A DNA stretch of 64,000 bases from Bacilli bacterium (GTDB taxonomy: Bacteria > Bacillota_I > Bacilli_A > RF39 > UBA660), in NCBI GenBank assembly GCA_017438635.1, contig JAFRUZ010000011.1, positions 74,357 through 138,356 on the forward strand, written 5' to 3'. Below are positions 58,680-64,000 of the stretch, one piece after another. The translations under genes were made by a program, and so were the position numbers. The first letter of the stretch is position 1. Each line of letters opens with the position of its first letter. A model generated the notes under the pieces. That model had not been told where the DNA came from. It saw only the letters and a program-made list of their open reading frames with translations, and searched no databases.

Positions 58680-60125
58680 TTATTTGTTTCTATCCAATAC
58701 TGGTTTAAGCATTATACAAACTGTTGCTTCAATTATATTTCCAGTTTTAATCTCATTAGGATTTACTTTATTATTAAAAACTCTTTTTTTGTGAACATAT
58801 AATTCTATATCACCAATTTCAGTTTCTAATAATAGTTTATATAATTTAATTGACCTTTTATCAAAATATAACTTAAAACTAATTTCTTCAACATTTTTTA
58901 TTCTACCAGTCAAATATGATACAACTCTAGCATTATAATAACCAGATATAGGTAATGATTGTCTAATTTGTCCAAGGGAATAGTCTTCATAAACTAATTC
59001 ATCATCTCGACTTCTGATATATGTTTTTTCAACACCATCTATAACATTCATTTCATAGGCTAATGCTGATATATAACATTCAATTTTAGTATCATTTATG
59101 TTCATATCTCTCCAATTATGTGAAAACAACAATTGTGCTTCAAACACGTGATTACTTGGAGTATCAACACAAATATATCCATAATCTACAGTCCTCCAAT
59201 CAGAATTTATTATACTTTTTGTATTAGATTTTAAAGAAGACATTAAATAATAGCCAGGAAAATCACCATTCAATGTACCTACAGTATTTAAATCATAAAA
59301 ATCAAATATAGAATAATCATAAATAGTAAACATGCCATACTTCTTTCTTATTTTTTCATTAAAAAGTATATATTCTATAAATTCTTTTACTTGCTTTTTG
59401 TTATTAATATCAAAATTCGAACCAAGAGCCTTATAATAATTGGGTTTTATATGATTAGTTTCATCCCTATAGAAGTTTAATTTTTTTGATAAACCTGCAT
59501 ATGATGCTAACTCTTCTTTTTTTATTTTTACTTCCCTAACTTTATTTACTTTTTCAATCTCAAAGTGATAAGTAAACTTGTTGTTATCATATTTAAAAAC
59601 TATTTTATAATCCATATCTTTGTTATCTGGATCATCTGATTTATCTTCATTCTCATCTATTGCTCTATGTGCACTAATTATTAGCTCATCATTTATTACT
59701 TTCATGTTTTTATATTCATCTAATACACGTGATCGACCATATCCACCAACAAAAACCATTTTATTATACTTACCCCTAAATCTTAAACTATCAATACTAT
59801 TATTTTTTAGATCTATTACCTTTATATTGGCTCCATCAGTATTTGTTTCGCCACCTTTATTACATAAAAATAAATGGTCATGATAGACTTCAACAAAATC
59901 ATAGCTTTTAGCAAAATATATTGCCTTCTTTGGCTTCGATTTCAATTGCCCAACTATATATGTATAATGTAAAGTTTGTTGGGGATAATAACCATAAAAT
60001 ACATATTCTTCATTTTCACACAATTTTGTAATTTTTGATTCAGGATTACTCTTTTCCTTTTCAAAATTTATTGGAACTTTTTCAAAAGCATCCAATAAAT
60101 ATAATTCTTTCTTAAACAATCCCAT
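58680..60125 (-). CDS. Hypothetical protein
   Basis: RBS GGAGG before MGLFKK. No recognisable domain. Confidence 0.4.
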   Translation of the reverse strand: MGLFKKELYLLDAFEKVPINFEKEKSNPESKITKLCENEEYVFYGYYPQQTLHYTYIVGQLKSKPKKAIYFAKSYDFVEVYHDHLFLCNKGGETNTDGANIKVIDLKNNSIDSLRFRGKYNKMVFVGGYGRSRVLDEYKNMKVINDELIISAHRAIDENEDKSDDPDNKDMDYKIVFKYDNNKFTYHFEIEKVNKVREVKIKKEELASYAGLSKKLNFYRDETNHIKPNYYKALGSNFDINNKKQVKEFIEYILFNEKIRKKYGMFTIYDYSIFDFYDLNTVGTLNGDFPGYYLMSSLKSNTKSIINSDWRTVDYGYICVDTPSNHVFEAQLLFSHNWRDMNINDTKIECYISALAYEMNVIDGVEKTYIRSRDDELVYEDYSLGQIRQSLPISGYYNARVVSYLTGRIKNVEEISFKLYFDKRSIKLYKLLLETEIGDIELYVHKKRVFNNKVNPNEIKTGNIIEATVCIMLKPVLDRNK

Positions 60126-60159
60126 GATAATACCTCCACTCAAATTATATCACACTTTT

Positions 60160-60192
60160 ATTTACAAACAAAAAGTGAGGCCTATAGCCTCT
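60160..60192 (-). terminator. GC-rich hairpin terminator (GAGGCtataGGCCTC + U-run), REP-like element copy 1
   Basis: Homologous to the hairpin at 61338-61353. It lies downstream of the PHP gene. Confidence 0.55.
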
Positions 60193-60258
60193 TCAGGGTA
60201 ATTACTTATTTTTCTTATACTTTCGATGATTCAAAGAAACAATCTCATTCATAACAAA

Positions 60259-61101
60259 TTATTTAAGTAACTCAAGAAAAGTTACTTCCTTTTCATCTAT
60301 TTTTCTATTTATAATCTTGCCAATACTCCTATCACTATTATCACCATATTTATAGTGAGTATCACTGCCACATGATATATATAAATTATTATTTTTACAA
60401 AACTTAATTAATTCTTTTTCATCTTCTAACGTTTGTCTATTATTAATAGCCTCAACTACTCTTAAATTATATTTATTCTTTAGTTCTAAAATAATTTTTT
60501 CTATTTGCCCTAAACTCATATTATAACAAAGTGGATGAGCCAAAGAAGCAATTCCTCCCGAATCCTTTCCGAGTTTAAAGAAATCTTCAAGGCTTAGTCT
60601 ATATCTTTTAGTTTCCTTTATATCCTTAGTATATTTATAATAAGCTTCCCTAGGATCATTTGCCAACTTACATTCGACTAATAAATTATTTAGTCTTACT
60701 TTATCAAAATAATTATTGCTTCTTATAAATTTCCTTTTGATATTTTTATCTATTGTAATATTAAATAATTTCTCACATAATTCTATTTCTTTATTAAAAT
60801 GATATATTTCATATTTTCTATTTTTCTTATAATACTCTTTTAATAGTTTTGAATTTAAATCAAAATTATAAAGTAATATATGAAAAGAAATTTCTTTATT
60901 ATATTCTACTTCTACTTCCATACCCCTAATTATTTTTAATCCAAAATCTTTATTACTATTTTCTTTATGAAAGCGAAAAGTATTATGATCAGTTATTGAA
61001 ATATATCCAATATCATTTTCTTTGCACAAATTTATTATTTCGGCTGGTGTTTTACCACCATCAGAATACGAAGTATGTATATGAAAATCTACATTCACCA
61101 T
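60259..61101 (-). CDS. PHP-domain phosphoesterase (histidinol-phosphatase/CpsB-like)
   Basis: N-terminus VDFHIHTSYSDG…ISITDHN. Probable GTG start with RBS GAGGTGA. Confidence 0.7.
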   Translation of the reverse strand: MVNVDFHIHTSYSDGGKTPAEIINLCKENDIGYISITDHNTFRFHKENSNKDFGLKIIRGMEVEVEYNKEISFHILLYNFDLNSKLLKEYYKKNRKYEIYHFNKEIELCEKLFNITIDKNIKRKFIRSNNYFDKVRLNNLLVECKLANDPREAYYKYTKDIKETKRYRLSLEDFFKLGKDSGGIASLAHPLCYNMSLGQIEKIILELKNKYNLRVVEAINNRQTLEDEKELIKFCKNNNLYISCGSDTHYKYGDNSDRSIGKIINRKIDEKEVTFLELLK

Positions 61102-61324
61102 TATCACCTCATTGCTCTTACTAATCTTTTAATATTTACAATACTATTTAAATAAATATGTAATTATATCTCATCTACCCTTATATTATAACATGAATAA
61201 AAACAATTGTTATATTATAACAAAACAATTATGCAGCTTTTGCTGAATATTCAATGAGTCTACTCTCTTCAAGAAACCGAACAAAAAGATTATAGTGCAC
61301 TCAAACCCTTGGTATGATTGGTTT

Positions 61325-61355
61325 AGACAAAAAAAGTGAGGCCTTTCGGCCTCTT
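61325..61355 (-). terminator. GC-rich hairpin terminator (GAGGCCgaaaGGCCTC + U-run) downstream of recG, REP-like element copy 2
   Basis: Followed by TTTTTTTGTC on the minus strand. A second AT-rich hairpin ACAAGGTtttatttACCTTGT lies at 61405-61425. Confidence 0.55.
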
Positions 61356-61482
61356 CAGGGGGTTTTGGTTGAATACCACTTTTTACCTTAATTCGTAAAA
61401 AGCAGACAAGGTTTTATTTACCTTGTAATTTCATAATAATATATTTATTTTTTTTTGTCAATATTTTTTTATTTTGTTCTTT

Positions 61483-63489
61483 TTATGCATCTTTTATATT
61501 ACTAATTATTTGTAATTTTAGTTTTATATCTTCTTCACTTGTACTTTGTAAAAACTTTAAACTATCTTTTTTAGCTTGTAAAAGTATTTTATAATCTTCT
61601 TTTATATCTGCTATTTTAAAAGTCATATCTCCACTTTGTTTTGTACCAAATAAATCTCCATGACCTCTTAGTTTAAAATCTTCTTCACTTATTTCAAACC
61701 CATTATTTGTCTGCGTCATTACTTTTAATCTTTTTGCATCTATATCACTTATTAATATACATTTAGACTCTAAATCACTTCTTCCTACTCTACCTCTTAA
61801 CTGATGAAGTGTAGAAAGCCCAAACCTATTAGCATCAAATATTACTATCATTGTTGTATTAGGTACATCTACTCCTACTTCTATTACTGTTGTACTAATA
61901 AGTATTTGTATTTTATTTTCTTGGAAACTATTCATTATTTTATCTTTATCTTTACCAGATAATTTACCATGAACTACTCCAATATTATATTTATGTCCAA
62001 ATGCTGATTCCATCTTATCTTTTAATTCATTAACTGTTGTTAAATCTAATGTTTCTGATTCTTCAATAAGTGGTGCTATTACATATATTTGATGTCCATC
62101 TTCTAACTCTTTATACATCATTTCAGATACTTCTTTTGTATCTTTATGACCTTTTAAATATGTTTTAATAGGTTTTCTTCCTTTAGGTAAAGACTCTATT
62201 ATTGATATATCCATATCACCATATATTGTAAGTGCATATGTTCTAGGTATAGGTGTAGCACTCATATAAAGTACATCAGGCATTAACCCTTTATCTTTTA
62301 AACTTGTCCTTTGTAATACTCCAAATCTATGCTGTTCATCTGTAATTACAAGTCCTAATTTATCATACTCTACATCATCTTGTATTAATGCATGAGTACC
62401 TATTACTATATCTACTTCATGATTCTTTATTTTTTTATGTATTTCATCTTTATCTTTTTTACTTAAAGATCCTATTAATAACTCTACTTTACAATCTGTA
62501 TCTTTTAATAAGTTCTTAACTGTTTCAAAATGTTGATTAGCAAGTATTTCAGTAGGAACCATTAAAGCTCCTTGATAACCACTTAAATAATTTACATATA
62601 AAGCCATTACTGAGATTACAGTTTTACCAGACCCTACATCTCCTTGTAATAACCTATTCATCCTTTTCGGTGATTTTAAATCTTCTATTATTTCTTCTAA
62701 AACTTTGTTTTGATCATCTGTTAATTTAAATGGTAAACTTTTTATTAATTTGTTTAAGTCTTCTTTTTTATATTTTCTTTCTATACCATTCTTTATATTT
62801 TGATTCTTTATTTTTAAATAATTTATCTTTGTCATATATAGAAATAATTCTTCATATTTTAATCTTATTGTAGCTTGTTTTAATTTATCATATGTCGAAG
62901 GATTATGTACTATATTTAAACTTGTTTTTTTGTTTAAAAAATCATACTTTTCTATTATAGTTTTAGGTATATAATCTGTTATATCATTTCCATATTGCAT
63001 TAGCGCATTATTTACAAAAACTGCAACATTCTTTGAAGAAAGACCTGCAGTACCATGATATACACTCTCTATCTTAGTACCTTTAGGAAGTAATCCCATT
63101 CTTATTTCTGAAGCAAGTAATATGTTTTTACTTTTTTCATATTTACCTATTACTGTAATACTAGTACCTACAGTGAGTTGACTCTTTAAAAATGCTCTAT
63201 TAAATATAGAAACTCCTACTATTTTTCCTTCAGATGTCACTACTCTAATATTCATTTTATTTAGATTACCTTTTAATCTTATTAATATTGGAGCACTATC
63301 TACTTTTCCATCTATTATTACTCTTTCAAACTCTTCTGCTTTTAATAAATCACTTCTTACTATCTTTTCATATCTAAAAGGATAATGTGATACTAAATCT
63401 TCAACGTTTTCTATTCCTAGTTTACCAAGTAACATTTTTGACTTTGGTCCAACACCTTTTACTTTATCTAAAGTTATCAAAACCACCAC
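61483..63489 (-). CDS. recG: ATP-dependent DNA helicase RecG
   Basis: Wedge/OB N-domain, helicase motif I QGDVGSGKT, motif II DEQHRFG and the family's TRG-motif region. Confidence 0.9.
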   Translation of the reverse strand: MVVLITLDKVKGVGPKSKMLLGKLGIENVEDLVSHYPFRYEKIVRSDLLKAEEFERVIIDGKVDSAPILIRLKGNLNKMNIRVVTSEGKIVGVSIFNRAFLKSQLTVGTSITVIGKYEKSKNILLASEIRMGLLPKGTKIESVYHGTAGLSSKNVAVFVNNALMQYGNDITDYIPKTIIEKYDFLNKKTSLNIVHNPSTYDKLKQATIRLKYEELFLYMTKINYLKIKNQNIKNGIERKYKKEDLNKLIKSLPFKLTDDQNKVLEEIIEDLKSPKRMNRLLQGDVGSGKTVISVMALYVNYLSGYQGALMVPTEILANQHFETVKNLLKDTDCKVELLIGSLSKKDKDEIHKKIKNHEVDIVIGTHALIQDDVEYDKLGLVITDEQHRFGVLQRTSLKDKGLMPDVLYMSATPIPRTYALTIYGDMDISIIESLPKGRKPIKTYLKGHKDTKEVSEMMYKELEDGHQIYVIAPLIEESETLDLTTVNELKDKMESAFGHKYNIGVVHGKLSGKDKDKIMNSFQENKIQILISTTVIEVGVDVPNTTMIVIFDANRFGLSTLHQLRGRVGRSDLESKCILISDIDAKRLKVMTQTNNGFEISEEDFKLRGHGDLFGTKQSGDMTFKIADIKEDYKILLQAKKDSLKFLQSTSEEDIKLKLQIISNIKDA

Positions 63490-63592
63490 GTCCTTTTTCT
63501 TACAAATTATACCATATTTTTACCTATTTTTCAAAGGTTATTTTTACTTTTTTTACATATGTAAAAAAATGTGTTTTTTTGCTTAAAATTGC

Positions 63593-63621
63593 TTGACAAA
63601 CTACCTCTTTACAATTATTAT
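63593..63621 (+). promoter_or_regulatory. Sigma-A-type promoter TTGACA-17bp-TATTAT
   Basis: Perfect -35 hexamer with canonical spacing. It is read on the plus strand, away from recG. Confidence 0.45.
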
Positions 63622-63627
63622 ATATAT

Positions 63628-63740
63628 TACCAATTCGGTTTAGGCGAATTGGATGCTAGTATCACACTAGCCAACCCCTTTTTATTCTTTTTATTGAAGG
63701 CGTCCTCAGGGGGTACGCCTTCTTTTATTTTATTTTTTTT
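63628..63740 (+). ncRNA. Candidate small structured RNA or cis-regulatory leader (3 hairpins, ends in an intrinsic terminator)
   Basis: Hairpins CCAATTCGgtttaggCGAATTGG and GCTAGTatcacaCTAGC. The terminator is GAAGGCGTcctcagggggtACGCCTTC followed by T15-rich sequence. The next plus-strand ORF starts at 63792. Confidence 0.4.
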
Positions 63741-63791
63741 ATTTAAATTGCATTATTTTATGATATACTTATATAGAATAGAGATGATATT

Positions 63792-64000
63792 ATGAATAAA
63801 AAAATAAATGACTTTTTATTTTTTATAGCAGTATTTATTTTATATATTATATACACTGCTGTTATTATTTTATTCCTAAATAAAATAGGTATAGATATTA
63901 ATAAATTTGATGAACATACTAAAAACTTATATTTAATTATTATTGATGGTAGTTTAATGGTAATTACTTATCTACTATATAAAAAAGAAAACAATAATGA
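63792..64000 (+). CDS. Small membrane protein, 5' part (runs off the window end)
   Basis: ATG 63792, then MNKKINDFLFFIAVFILYIIYTAVIILFLNKIG… (two TM segments). There is no stop before the window end. Confidence 0.3.
   Translation, partial: MNKKINDFLFFIAVFILYIIYTAVIILFLNKIGIDINKFDEHTKNLYLIIIDGSLMVITYLLYKKENNN

Noticed and set aside
63387-63795. Plus-strand ORFs 63387..63596 and 63571..63795
   Set aside because: The first overlaps the recG 5' end antisense. The second spans the promoter, hairpins and terminator of the candidate sRNA and is low-complexity. Neither has an RBS.
1-64000. CRISPR arrays, tRNA or rRNA genes
   Set aside because: No regularly spaced direct repeats of 25-40 bp were seen. 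There are no cloverleaf-like GC-rich ~75-nt islands with a GTTC(G/A)A T-loop signature and no rRNA-like conserved stretches.

Overview
This is a very AT-rich, low-GC Firmicutes-type chromosomal segment (Clostridia-like codon usage, extended -10 promoters of the TGnTATAAT type). Almost all genes are on the minus strand. The first ~37 kb is mostly core and housekeeping. It contains an acyl-CoA synthetase, a sulfonate/nitrate-type ABC importer and a sortase-anchored adhesin carrying thioester (TED) and CnaB-like domains, next to a decayed DUF1016 gene. It also contains DUF368 and ZupT, ytxG/ytxH-like stress proteins, trmB, murE and trmL, a threonine T-box leader with an extra small ORF before thrS, and a vWA-NUDIX/alpha-beta-hydrolase-Sir2-PncC operon. 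Further along are a DUF2779 nuclease-like protein and a SAM-I riboswitch ahead of an operon of small Cys-rich peptide, YjgN, zinc-ribbon membrane protein and TtcA. This part ends with a stress cluster (AAA+ ATPase, TelA, XpaC, vWA lipoprotein) and a TasA/camelysin-like secreted protein. From about 37.8 to 55 kb lies an accessory, defense-island-like region. It has a COG3910 ATPase and four unrelated small genes (yggS-like, SWIM, metallophosphoesterase, DUF1810), each preceded by a ~70-bp repeated junction module. It also has a NERD/zinc-ribbon protein, ASCH, a PIN-acetyltransferase-PUA-like fusion, a Fic/Doc protein and an ADP-ribosylglycohydrolase. A ThsB-like TIR (DUF1863) protein is co-operonic there with a small 3-TM protein, followed by a T5orf172 (GIY-YIG-like) protein and a complete Type I R-M system (hsdRMS). 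The window ends with phosphoesterases, recG and a promoter-to-terminator bounded small structured RNA candidate. No tRNA or rRNA genes and no CRISPR array were seen.
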